Shown: in pieces, positions 48,817 to 58,136 of the stretch
How positions within the stretch are numbered: position 1 is the stretch's first letter
How the letters are laid out: each line of letters starts with the position of its first letter
Origin: an uncultured delta proteobacterium
GTDB lineage: Bacteria > Desulfobacterota > Desulfobaccia > Desulfobaccales > 0-14-0-80-60-11
DNA: 64,000 nucleotides
Assembly: GCA_963812015.1 (NCBI GenBank)
Contig: CAWETI010000003.1
Location: forward strand, 1,184,001-1,248,000
Direction: 5' to 3'
The notes under the pieces: model-generated
The model's database searches: none
What the model was told of the DNA's origin: nothing
Seen by the model: only the letters and a program-made list of their open reading frames with translations
Translations under genes and position numbers: made by a program

Positions 48817-48821
48817 ACGCC

Positions 48822-49922
48822 ATGCAAGTCAAATACCTGGATCTTCCCCGGCAGTTTGATGATCCCGAACTCCTCCGGTTGGTCACCGGGGTGTTTGCTC
48901 GCGGCCAGTTTGTCTTGGGACCGGAAGTTGCCGAATTTGAGGGGGAATTAGCTAAACTCTGCGGCACCCGGTTCGCCGTGGGGGTTAATTCAGCCACCGA
49001 TGCCCTCTTCCTGGCCTTGAAGGCCTTGGGGGTAGGCTCTGGGGACGAAGTGATCACGGTGTCCAACAGTTTCATCGCCACCGCCGGGGCGATTGCGGCG
49101 GCCGGGGCCAGACCGGTGTTCGTGGATGTGGGCCCTGATTATAATATGGATGCAGATCTTCTGGAAAAAGCCCTTACCTCCCGCACCAGGGCTATCCTGC
49201 CGGTCCACCTTACCGGAAACCCGGCAGACATGCCCAAAATTATTCGGGTGGCCAAGAAACACTCCCTATTCGTGGTGGAGGATGCCGCCCAGTCTGTGGG
49301 CGCCGCCTTTAACGGGAAGTGCGTGGGTTCCTTCGGAGAGGTTGGCTGTTTCAGTCTCCACCCCCTGAAGAACCTAAATGTTGCGGGAGATGGGGGGGTA
49401 ATGACCACCGGTTCCCCGGAGTTGCATAATCGTTTGGCCCTCTTGCGCAATCATGGGTTAAAAAACCGGGAGGAAATCGATTTTTTCGGTTATAATTCTC
49501 GGTTAGACACCATTCAGGCCGTGGTGGCCAAATATAACTTGGAATTCTTGGATCAGGTTACCGAAAAGCGCATTCAGAATGCCAGGCTTTATGACCAGTT
49601 GTTGGCTGATCTGGAAGACGATGTGGTTATTCCGCCTCGGAACCCGGAGGTTAAACAAGTCTTCCACACTTATGTGATCCAGGTGAACCACCGGGAAAAG
49701 CTTATTGAATATCTGAGCAGGCACCAGGTTGAGACCAAGATTCATTACCCAATTCCCATCCACCTCCAGACTCCCTGCCGTGCCATGGGATGGAAGTCCG
49801 GGGACTTGCCGGAAACGGAAAGACAGGCCGGTCGGATTCTGACGTTGCCCATCCATCAGTTTCTTACCGAGGCCCACATACACTACGTAGCCGCGACTAT
49901 GAAAAAATTTTATCGGAGGTAG
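48822..49922 (+). CDS. DegT-family aminotransferase (tandem paralog)
   Basis: GVNSATDAL, EDAAQS, SLHPLKNLNVAGDGG, GYNSRLDTIQA; start at MQVKY. Confidence 0.93.
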   Translation: MQVKYLDLPRQFDDPELLRLVTGVFARGQFVLGPEVAEFEGELAKLCGTRFAVGVNSATDALFLALKALGVGSGDEVITVSNSFIATAGAIAAAGARPVFVDVGPDYNMDADLLEKALTSRTRAILPVHLTGNPADMPKIIRVAKKHSLFVVEDAAQSVGAAFNGKCVGSFGEVGCFSLHPLKNLNVAGDGGVMTTGSPELHNRLALLRNHGLKNREEIDFFGYNSRLDTIQAVVAKYNLEFLDQVTEKRIQNARLYDQLLADLEDDVVIPPRNPEVKQVFHTYVIQVNHREKLIEYLSRHQVETKIHYPIPIHLQTPCRAMGWKSGDLPETERQAGRILTLPIHQFLTEAHIHYVAATMKKFYRR

Positions 49923-49929
49923 AGAAATT

Positions 49930-50255
49930 ATGCCTTCGTCACGCCAAGCCGCCCGATATCTCCTCGCACATTCGCATCGAGCTTTTTAAGATGATAGTTT
50001 TGATTCGCGGGTTCAAGGAAAAGATCATCGAGGTTTACGGCCGTGAGGATATAACGTTGCCCGTACGCCCTGGTATCGGCCAAGGGGGCATCGCGATTGA
50101 GAGGTGTGCCCGTCTGGCGGGTGAGGACTATATGGTGACGGGCCACCACGGTCAAGGGCATTGCCTGGCCGAAGGGCTGGACCCCAGAGCGTTATGGGGA
50201 ATCCTCCGGCAGGGCAACGGGTTGCTGGCTGGGGGCGAGCAGTTCTATGCATCCT
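49930..50255 (+). pseudogene. 5' remnant of a ThDP-dependent E1 alpha gene (paralog of 58137-59117)
   Basis: LIRGFKEKIIEVY...GIGQGGIA...GHHGQGHCLAEG, then a frameshift to GRATGCWLGASSSMHP (cf. GKATGCSRGKGGSMHP). Confidence 0.8.
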
Positions 50256-50295
50256 GCGAGAGAAACCACAAAGCAATTGTGCAAGGTGTAGATCG

Positions 50296-51099
50296 ATGAG
50301 CGAAGGTATAGAATTTTCCGTAATTATGCCTGCACTTGATGAGGAAAAGAACATTACCTTTGCCATTCGTAATGCTTTGGAGGCTATCGACCATTTCGGC
50401 ATTAATGGCGAAATTATCGCGATCAACGATGGTAGCAGCGACAGGACGGCAGCTCTGATTAAGTCTTATATGGGGTGCGATCCTCGAGTTCGGCTTATTT
50501 CTCATGTTCGACCAATGGGGGTAGGGGCTTCTTTTTGGGATGGAGTGGATCAGGCTCAAGGGAAATTCGTCGTCATGCTCCCCGGAGATAATGAAAACGA
50601 TCCCATGGAAATCTTTCGTTACCACACCCTCCTCAAAAGTGTGGATATCGTGATTCCGTTTGCCTTTAACAAACATGTCCGTTCAATCTGGCGCAATGCC
50701 CTCTCTTTTATTTACCGCTTTATTATTAATACGACTTTTTTGGTCAATTTTAATTACACCAATGGCACGGTGCTCTATAGGAAAGCGCTCTTGGATGAAC
50801 TGGAATTTAGAAGCTCCAGCTTCTTTTTCCAAACCGACATCCTGGTGCGCACCATCAAGCGCGGCTATCTCTTTGCCGAGGTGCCTTATCGTCTGGACTT
50901 GCGCTCCGAGGGGGTCTCCAAAGCCGTCACCTTCCCCAGCCTGTTCATGGTGATCTGGGGGTATCTGCGTCTGACCCGTGATATCTACCGGCCGATCCGG
51001 AGGAACGCGACCCAATGCCATGCGTCTTCTTCTCAAACCGCAAAGCGCTATCAGGAATGTGTCAACCGGGAACGCGCCGATTCCAACATCAAACACTAA
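50296..51099 (+). CDS. GT2, polyprenyl-phosphate glycosyltransferase (DPM1/ArnC-like)
   Basis: SVIMPALDEE, INDGSSD, LPGDNE, EVPY...R-EGVSKA. Confidence 0.85.
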   Translation: MSEGIEFSVIMPALDEEKNITFAIRNALEAIDHFGINGEIIAINDGSSDRTAALIKSYMGCDPRVRLISHVRPMGVGASFWDGVDQAQGKFVVMLPGDNENDPMEIFRYHTLLKSVDIVIPFAFNKHVRSIWRNALSFIYRFIINTTFLVNFNYTNGTVLYRKALLDELEFRSSSFFFQTDILVRTIKRGYLFAEVPYRLDLRSEGVSKAVTFPSLFMVIWGYLRLTRDIYRPIRRNATQCHASSSQTAKRYQECVNRERADSNIKH

Positions 51100-51109
51100 T
51101 GGTCAAGAG

Positions 51110-52153
51110 ATGAAAGAGTTTCTCAAGGTTGCCCAGGAAGCAATCCTGTTTCGCGTTCGGGATAAGATCACCCACCTCATTCTTCATGTGACCACCCGGT
51201 GTAATCTCAAGTGTCATCATTGTTTCGTTGAGCAAGGGACCAAGACGCAAGAACTTACCATGACGGAGATTGAACATATCGCTGCCGAATTAAACGACCT
51301 GATTTGGCTGGATATCGGGGGCGGAGAACCTTTCTTGCGGGACGATCTTCCTGAGATCATTAGCAAATTTAGAGCCCGGGAATATTCCATCCCTACGAAT
51401 GGCTGGTCGGTGGAACGTATCCTCCCCTCCCTGGAAAAAATTGCGTCGGCCATCGATTTAAACCGTCTCGTCCTCACTATGTCCCTGGACGGGTTTCCCC
51501 AAACCCATGATGCCATTCGCCGGCAACCTGGCAGTTTTGCCCGGACCCGGGAGACATATTTTCTGCTCCGCCAACACTTTCCCCAATTGCGCATCAAGTT
51601 CAACACGGTCTTACACAATCACAACATCGAAGAAATTATCCAATTCATGCGGATGGTCCAGGACGAAATGAAGCCGGCATTTCATTCCGTATTGTTTTTG
51701 CGTGGAGTGCCACAGAATTCGGGTTACTTGCTGCCCGCGCCGCAGGAAATTTCTAATCTTGAAGGGCAGTTGCGATCTATTCAAAATAAGTATCATTATG
51801 GCAGGAAGGGTTTATTATCGATGGTGCAGAAGAATTATCAAGCCATCAAACGGGATATTTGTAACAGAATCATTGAACAAAAAGAACAAATCATACCATG
51901 TTTGGCCGGACAGGCCCATGCCGTGATCTACGCCAATGGCGGGGTGGCGCCCTGCGAATTGCTTCCTGAAATCGGTTCTATTCGCGAAAAGCCGTTAAGC
52001 AATATATTGAACAGCCCCGAATGGAAAAAGGCCATAAATGACATTAAATCAAAGAAATGTTATTGCACGCATGATTGTAATATGATCGAAAATATTCTCT
52101 TTAAGTTTAGCCATTATCCACAATTTATATTGGGCTCTAAGTATAAGCTGTGA
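51110..52153 (+). CDS. Radical SAM/SPASM-domain protein
   Basis: CNLKCHHC, GGGEPFLR, PTNG, SLDG, CLAG...APCE...CYCTHDC. Confidence 0.92.
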   Translation: MKEFLKVAQEAILFRVRDKITHLILHVTTRCNLKCHHCFVEQGTKTQELTMTEIEHIAAELNDLIWLDIGGGEPFLRDDLPEIISKFRAREYSIPTNGWSVERILPSLEKIASAIDLNRLVLTMSLDGFPQTHDAIRRQPGSFARTRETYFLLRQHFPQLRIKFNTVLHNHNIEEIIQFMRMVQDEMKPAFHSVLFLRGVPQNSGYLLPAPQEISNLEGQLRSIQNKYHYGRKGLLSMVQKNYQAIKRDICNRIIEQKEQIIPCLAGQAHAVIYANGGVAPCELLPEIGSIREKPLSNILNSPEWKKAINDIKSKKCYCTHDCNMIENILFKFSHYPQFILGSKYKL

Positions 52154-52175
52154 TAGGGCAGCGAATCAATAAATT

Positions 52176-53084
52176 ATGGGAAAAAGCAACGCGGCTGAGA
52201 TCAGCATCGTGATCCCGGTTTATAATCCCCCAGATAGTTTCTTCGAACTTCTTAAGGACCTATCCCTTCAAAAGATAAACATCGCCCGTGAGATCATAAT
52301 AGTTGATGACTGTTCCTTAAGTGATGGATATTCGCGACTAAAAAAACACCTTGGCACCTTAGATATTTCCAATATTAACCTGTTGCGCACCCCGAAGAAT
52401 CTCGGCCCGGCCGCGGCGCGTAATCTTGGCAGCGCCCAAGCGACGGGGAGCGTCTTAATCTTCATCGACTCAGATTGCCGCATCAGGGAGCGGGACCATC
52501 TATCTCGCATGCATGCAGCACATTTGCAGCATCCGCACGCCATTATCGGCGGGGGCGTCGTCGGCTTCGGCAAGGGATACGTAGCGTTTTCCGACAACTA
52601 CTGTCATTGGGGCACCAATATCCCCGGAACTCCTGGCACTGCTTTGGCTTCGGGACATCTGGTGACGGCCCATTTGTTGATACCCCGGGCTATTTGGGAA
52701 AAAGTTGGGCCCTTTGACCCGTCCCTGCGTACCGGCGAAGATACAGCTTTCTGCCTCAAGGCCCGGAATCTTAATATTGAGTTGCGACTGCACGGAAATA
52801 TCTCTTTATATCATCATGATCGTGAATCATTTAAGATGTTCGTTAAGAATTTTTATAAGGTGGGAAAAGATCGGGCGGCAGTGCGAAGATCAGTTTATGG
52901 CAGGGTTCCGTGGTATCTTGGGGAAAATAGATTGGTGCGTTGCCTTTTGGTGCCCTTTATTACTTCCGGCTTAATAGTAAAACTGATCGTCACGTGGTGG
53001 CCCCACGATAAAAAAGTGTTATTGGCCTTCCCGGGTATTTCTCTTGGTATGCTGTCGCTGGCAATCGGGGTCGCTGATAGCTAA
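52176..53084 (+). CDS. Glycosyltransferase family 2 with C-terminal membrane segments
   Basis: SIVIPVYN, IVDDCS, GPAAARN, FIDSD, GEDT. Confidence 0.9.
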   Translation: MGKSNAAEISIVIPVYNPPDSFFELLKDLSLQKINIAREIIIVDDCSLSDGYSRLKKHLGTLDISNINLLRTPKNLGPAAARNLGSAQATGSVLIFIDSDCRIRERDHLSRMHAAHLQHPHAIIGGGVVGFGKGYVAFSDNYCHWGTNIPGTPGTALASGHLVTAHLLIPRAIWEKVGPFDPSLRTGEDTAFCLKARNLNIELRLHGNISLYHHDRESFKMFVKNFYKVGKDRAAVRRSVYGRVPWYLGENRLVRCLLVPFITSGLIVKLIVTWWPHDKKVLLAFPGISLGMLSLAIGVADS

Positions 53085-53299
53085 AAAACTACTGTCGGCA
53101 AGGTGGTTGGAAGCCTCGCCCCCAGCATCACGATGCAGGTTACGTTATGGAAACCGACACTTCGAAAGTGATGGGCGGGGGAGTACCCCCGGCTGGGACA
53201 AGGAAAGGTTGCGGTGGTTAGAAGCGGGGAAGCGCTCCTGCGCAGCAACGATACTTTGGGTGTTGGAGTGATAGTTGGAGTTCAATTGAGGCAGGCTCT

Positions 53300-54331
53300 G
53301 TGAGTAAAGCAATGCGCTTTGGTGCACCAGCAATTGTGTTTGACTTGGGCGGAACTCATCTGAGAGGGGCCACGGTCCTGGAGGGTGGCGGCCTGATCAA
53401 TATCGAGAAACGTAAAGTTCGCAATTTTTTGGATGGCAGTTCGATAACCGAGGTTTGGAACAGTCTCTTTGATCAGATCGCGTCGTATGTCTCTGTCTTC
53501 GGGGGCAGCTTGCCTTCGCCAGCGCCAGTGGTGCTGGCGGTGCCCGGACCGGTTCGGGGGCGGAGGATATTATTGGACGCGCCGACGCTCGTGGGCCATG
53601 CCGGGGCCATTCCTGATGTCAAGTCCATTCTGGAGGAGCGCACCGGCCGCCGGGTCTTCATTCTGAATGACGTATCGGCGGCGACCTGGTACTTCAGCGA
53701 GAAGGTGGCCGATGATCGGTTTATGGTCATTACCGTGAGCAGTGGGATCGGCAGCAAGGTGTTCGACCGCCGCCACCCATTAAGGGTATTGGACGACGTT
53801 GAATACGGCGGAGAAATTGGTCACGGGGTCGTGGGTGACTTTCCAGAGCGCATTCGATGTGATTGCGGGGGCTTAAACCATGTGGGGGCGATTTCATCCG
53901 GGAGGGGTATTGTGCGTTTGGCCCAGTTATGGGCCCGGCGCGACCGGCAGCAATTCAATAGCTCGGCGCTGGGGCGGTCGGTGTGCGGCAATCCGGAGCA
54001 GCTCACGAATGAGGATCATATCGTTCCAGCAGTCATCGAGGGCGACCAATGGACCTTAGGTGTCGTAGAATATGCCACGCGACCACTGGCCCAGGCTATA
54101 CTGACCACCTGGCTGGCCATAGGACTGTCCCGAGTCATCGTGATCGGCGGCTTCGCACTGGCATTGGGGTGCCATTACGTCGGCATCTTGGAGAACGAAT
54201 TGCAGAGGTTGTCAGATTACAAATTACTCCGGGGGTGCACCGGCGGGATGGTGACCTTGGGGCAACCGGATGAAGAGGCCTGCCTGATTGGAGCTGCCGT
54301 ATACGTCCAGAGGGAAAATAGCGGCGTTTGA
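53300..54331 (+). CDS. ROK-family kinase, C7-cyclitol 7-kinase (ValC/AcbM)-like
   Basis: DLGGTHLR, LNDVSAA, TVSSGIGSKVF, GEIGH, CDCGGLNHVGAISSGRG. Confidence 0.8.
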   Translation: MSKAMRFGAPAIVFDLGGTHLRGATVLEGGGLINIEKRKVRNFLDGSSITEVWNSLFDQIASYVSVFGGSLPSPAPVVLAVPGPVRGRRILLDAPTLVGHAGAIPDVKSILEERTGRRVFILNDVSAATWYFSEKVADDRFMVITVSSGIGSKVFDRRHPLRVLDDVEYGGEIGHGVVGDFPERIRCDCGGLNHVGAISSGRGIVRLAQLWARRDRQQFNSSALGRSVCGNPEQLTNEDHIVPAVIEGDQWTLGVVEYATRPLAQAILTTWLAIGLSRVIVIGGFALALGCHYVGILENELQRLSDYKLLRGCTGGMVTLGQPDEEACLIGAAVYVQRENSGV

Positions 54332-54499
54332 GGTTTATTGTCATCGGCGGCAGCGGCGTTTAGTTCCCGGCAAAGGCACTTCCTGAACGTGGCTGATTTC
54401 AGATAAATCGGTGTGCAAAGAATTGCAGACCAGACCCGGCTTACCCAGTGAGTAAGAGACGTCCGAGCCTACCCTACCTAAAAAATTCCCATAAAATAA

Positions 54500-54527
54500 T
54501 TGACACTAGCCAGAATTATGTTGAAAT
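54500..54527 (+). promoter_or_regulatory. Possible internal sigma70 promoter
   Basis: TTGACA followed after 16 nt by TGAAAT preceded by TG, in an AT-rich gap upstream of 54663. Confidence 0.35.
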
Positions 54528-54662
54528 GTAATAAAAAGTGAATGTTGCCGGCTTCGTTCCGAAAATGACCCCGAAAACATCTGGAAAAGACAAAAAAATT
54601 ATTTATCATCGAGAAGTTAAATTTGCCGCGCATCAAGGGCCCTCAGTTATCGGTTACCGGCC

Positions 54663-55769
54663 ATGAGCGAGCTTATCTTGGATGGGCACAAGCTCGCCTG
54701 GCATAGGGAGCGGGTGGAGGCATGGCTGCGGGGGGAACGCATCGCGCCCATCACCATCGACTGCGCCCTGACCCGGCGCTGCACCTATAGGTGTGTTTAT
54801 TGTTATGGCCAGTTGCAGGCCAACGACGAAAAGCGCATGACCCGGGACGTGATTTTCCGCTTTTTGGATGACGCCGCGGAAATTGGGGTTAAGGCCATAA
54901 GTTTTGTGAGCGACGGGGAAAGCACCTGTAGCCCGCACCTTTACGATGCCATCCTGCGGGGCCATGAGAATGGTCTGGACATAGCCCTGGGCACGAACGG
55001 TTATCTGCTCAGACCGGAGCGGCTTCCGGAAATTCTTCCCGCCCTGACTTACCTGCGATATAACGTCTCGGCTGCCGAACCCCAGCGGTATGCGGCAATC
55101 CACGGATGCAATCTGGAGGCGTATTATCGGGTTCTGGAAGTTATCCAAAGAAGTGTAGCCCTGAAACGCCAAAATGGGCTGGAGGTCACCATCGGTCTCC
55201 AGATGGTCCTCATGCCGGAGTTCGCCGACCAAATCATCCCTCTGGCTAAACTGGGGGCCTCTCTGGGGGTAGATTATCTGGTGATCAAACATTGCAGCGA
55301 TGATGAGGTGGGGAGCCTGGGGGTCAACTATGCGAAATACTTTGAGCTTCTTGACCTGCTGGCCGAGGCCGAAACGTATTCCACCGACCACTATATCGTC
55401 AGGGCCAAATGGTCCAAAATCTTGAGCGGTGGGAAGCGCAAGTATGTGCAATGCTATGGTCCTCCCTTTATCATGCAATTTTCGGGTTCCGGTCTGGTAG
55501 CTCCCTGTGGCATGCTGTTCAACTCAAAGTATAAAAAATATCATATCGGCAATATTGCCGTAACTCCCTTTAAAGAAATCTGGAAGAGCGAGAGATATTG
55601 GGAGGTAATCAACCTGATTGCCTCGGATAAATTTAATGCCCGGACCATGTGCGGCTCTTTGTGTTTGCAGGACAAGGTCAACGAATTCCTCTGGAATTTT
55701 AGGCACGGATGTGAAGCTCTCCCGGATGTAGCCGGCAGACCGGAACCACTGCATATCAATTTTATTTAA
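54663..55769 (+). CDS. Radical SAM/SPASM-domain protein
   Basis: CTYRCVYC, SDGES, TNG, CYGPPF...APC...CGSLC, HINFI C-terminus. Confidence 0.92.
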   Translation: MSELILDGHKLAWHRERVEAWLRGERIAPITIDCALTRRCTYRCVYCYGQLQANDEKRMTRDVIFRFLDDAAEIGVKAISFVSDGESTCSPHLYDAILRGHENGLDIALGTNGYLLRPERLPEILPALTYLRYNVSAAEPQRYAAIHGCNLEAYYRVLEVIQRSVALKRQNGLEVTIGLQMVLMPEFADQIIPLAKLGASLGVDYLVIKHCSDDEVGSLGVNYAKYFELLDLLAEAETYSTDHYIVRAKWSKILSGGKRKYVQCYGPPFIMQFSGSGLVAPCGMLFNSKYKKYHIGNIAVTPFKEIWKSERYWEVINLIASDKFNARTMCGSLCLQDKVNEFLWNFRHGCEALPDVAGRPEPLHINFI

Positions 55770-55946
55770 CATCAAAAGTCGGGGCCAGCCAGAATCTGGA
55801 CCAGAGGCGTCTATCTTGGGGAAGACCGCTCACCTCTTTTTTCTTCACACGCCTTTGTCGCGGCCTTTCTTCCCGGCATACTTTAATGTCTCGACCATTC
55901 TACTTTCTCTGGCCATACTCCCTCATAAGGAGATGGAGATTAAGTC

Positions 55947-56465
55947 ATGAACATTCTGCTGTACGGGCTATCCCTGTTTTTTCTTGCCTTTGGGATTCAC
56001 CTGATAATCTGGAAAGTCCATTTGCCTCATCACCAGAGCAAGGCCCTTCTGCTGATCTTTATGGGAACGTTTTTCCTTGGGGTAATCATCACCCCGCTAT
56101 TACCCCAGGACGGACTCTGGGGCTGTTTCGTTGCCCGGGGTTTCTATGAAGTGGTTCACGCTTTTTTGCTGGTTCTTTCCCTTACCATGGCCTACATCAT
56201 CACCTATTCGGCCCTGGAGGCGGATAGCCCGTCACTGGTAATCATAAGGATGATCGCCGAGGCCATGCCCGGTGGCTTGGCAAAAAAGGACTTGGAAAAC
56301 CGATTGACGGATGACATTTTGATCCGCCCCAGGATAAATGATCTGTTACGGGATAATCTTGTAATCGCGCAGGGGGAAAAATTACGACTTACGCCCCAAG
56401 GGCGATCTTTTATTAAAATATTTGTAATCTTTCGGGCCCTCTTAAAATCTGGCAAAGGTGGTTGA
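55947..56465 (+). CDS. Hypothetical membrane protein (3 TM plus small basic C-terminal domain)
   Basis: 172 aa ORF with AGGAG/GGAG RBS; three hydrophobic segments then DSPSL...RINDL...LTPQG. Confidence 0.7.
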   Translation: MNILLYGLSLFFLAFGIHLIIWKVHLPHHQSKALLLIFMGTFFLGVIITPLLPQDGLWGCFVARGFYEVVHAFLLVLSLTMAYIITYSALEADSPSLVIIRMIAEAMPGGLAKKDLENRLTDDILIRPRINDLLRDNLVIAQGEKLRLTPQGRSFIKIFVIFRALLKSGKGG

Positions 56466-56466
56466 G

Positions 56467-57000
56467 ATGACCATGTATGAACAAGCCCTACCGATTTTTA
56501 CCCCAATTTTCGGCATGACAATAAACGTTGTTATACAGATATTGGGTTTCCGGATTAAGAGTAACTTATCTCTGCTGCACACAATTTATTTGGGCTTTTT
56601 ATCTGGTCTGATCACTATGATTGTTCTTGATTTGGCTATTCAGGCTCATTATAAAAATAGCTTTCATTATTTTGTGGGAATATTTATTTCAAATATAATA
56701 ATATATGGCAGTCTTGGATATTGTTATTTTAATTTTAATAATTTAGGAGAAACTGCTCGGCGAATAAGATTATTGCGGGAAATTTATGATTCTGAAGATG
56801 GCCTTACGCCACTTGAGTTAAATAAACTCTACAGTGGTAAAGAAGTGATAGCACATCGAATGGCAAGGCTTTTGAATAATAAACAGGTTATTTTAATAAA
56901 TGATAAGTACCTAATCGGCAACCCAACTGTATTATGTATCGCTAACATTATAATTTTCCTCAAATTTATGGTCATTGGGAAAAAATCAGAGTTTGATTAA
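56467..57000 (+). CDS. Hypothetical membrane protein (3 TM plus C-terminal domain), similar architecture to the upstream gene
   Basis: AT-rich ORF; three hydrophobic segments then GETARRIRLLREI...RMARLL. Confidence 0.7.
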   Translation: MTMYEQALPIFTPIFGMTINVVIQILGFRIKSNLSLLHTIYLGFLSGLITMIVLDLAIQAHYKNSFHYFVGIFISNIIIYGSLGYCYFNFNNLGETARRIRLLREIYDSEDGLTPLELNKLYSGKEVIAHRMARLLNNKQVILINDKYLIGNPTVLCIANIIIFLKFMVIGKKSEFD

Positions 57001-57039
57001 TTCGATTTTAGGGGTAATCGATCGACTCTCATCGGCACC

Positions 57040-57270
57040 GCGACCATGATTTTTTGCAGGGCGTGACGAATTCCCGGCCTGAGGTCATTGGCATTAGCGT
57101 GATTACCTGCTCACATGACGGCGTTATCAATTTTGCTCCCAACTCAAAGAAGCAATGCCTGCTGTGACGGCGGTGAAAGGCGATCTCCATCCGGTCTATT
57201 TCCCGGATGTTATCCGGGAAGAACCGATCGATGTTATGGCCCAGGGGGCGGAATTATCTTTCCCGGAACC
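57040..57270 (+). pseudogene. Remnant of a B12-binding domain (radical SAM N-terminus)
   Basis: RPEVIGISVIT..., frameshift, LKEAMP...KGDLHPVYFPDVIREEPIDVMAQGAELSFPE, resembling decayed GGPHPT and GEGE motifs. Confidence 0.55.
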
Positions 57271-57540
57271 ATCACCCGTCTTCCGTAGCTATGATTGCTG
57301 GCTGAAGCCGAGGGTAGTAGGTTAAAGATAAACAAGAAGGATATGAGAATGATGTCGTACTGCTTGCTAATGATATTTCATGTTTGCTTAATCCTGAACC
57401 ATGAATGGTATCTTAAATATATCTTATACCGCAAGCAGAACGAAATGCCTTTCAGCGCAACCTAATATTATCAGTTGCGCTTGAGTTCGTTATTGTTTGC
57501 ATGCGGAACTTATTTTATTAATATGGATATGGAGGTAGCG

Positions 57541-57915
57541 ATGGTTAAATCATTAATACTCATTTTCTTCAATATACTTATTGGCAGTGTTGGTCAGCTT
57601 ATGTTTAAAAGTGGCATGATGCAGGTAGGCAGGATTGGAGTTGGGGAGATAAGCCGGCCATTGGCAACGTTGGGAACGGTTTTCACTAATCCTTATATAT
57701 TATTGGCCCTGCCCCTCTATGCCGGCGCGTTAATAATGTGGCTGATCGTTCTCTCCCGACTGCAGCTCAGTTTTGCTTATCCATTTTTGGCCATGACATA
57801 TGTGGTTAATGCTTTACTGGCGCAAACAATTCTGGGCGAGCATATCCCTTTTCTCAGATGGGTTGCCATAGGTTTAATCTGCAGTGGGGTTATTCTGATT
57901 ACGCGCACGGCATAA
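57541..57915 (+). CDS. EamA/SMR-family 4-TM transporter (ArnE/ArnF-like flippase)
   Basis: GQLMFKSG, WLIVLSRLQLSFAYP, LGEHI; GGAGG RBS. Confidence 0.85.
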   Translation: MVKSLILIFFNILIGSVGQLMFKSGMMQVGRIGVGEISRPLATLGTVFTNPYILLALPLYAGALIMWLIVLSRLQLSFAYPFLAMTYVVNALLAQTILGEHIPFLRWVAIGLICSGVILITRTA

Positions 57916-58136
57916 GCAACCGGTATGGCCCATCTGGGGCTGGTCCGGCCCCACTTTCACCAGCCGGGTGGAGTTTGCTCCTGAGTCTCACTGTCCCAGG
58001 CCAACCAGGTGTGCGCAACAGAAGAACCGGTGGGGGAGGGGTTGCTTGGGGCATTTATTGAACCGGCCTGGTACTGCCTAAAGACGGCCATAATAGTTCT
58101 CGACTTTAGCTTTCAAACATTAACAGGAGAAAACCG

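Noticed and set aside
53085..53299. Gap with a short ORF, considered as a RiPP precursor for the SPASM enzymes
   Set aside because: No convincing start, RBS or precursor features, and no peptidase or ABC exporter; the context is glycan biosynthesis
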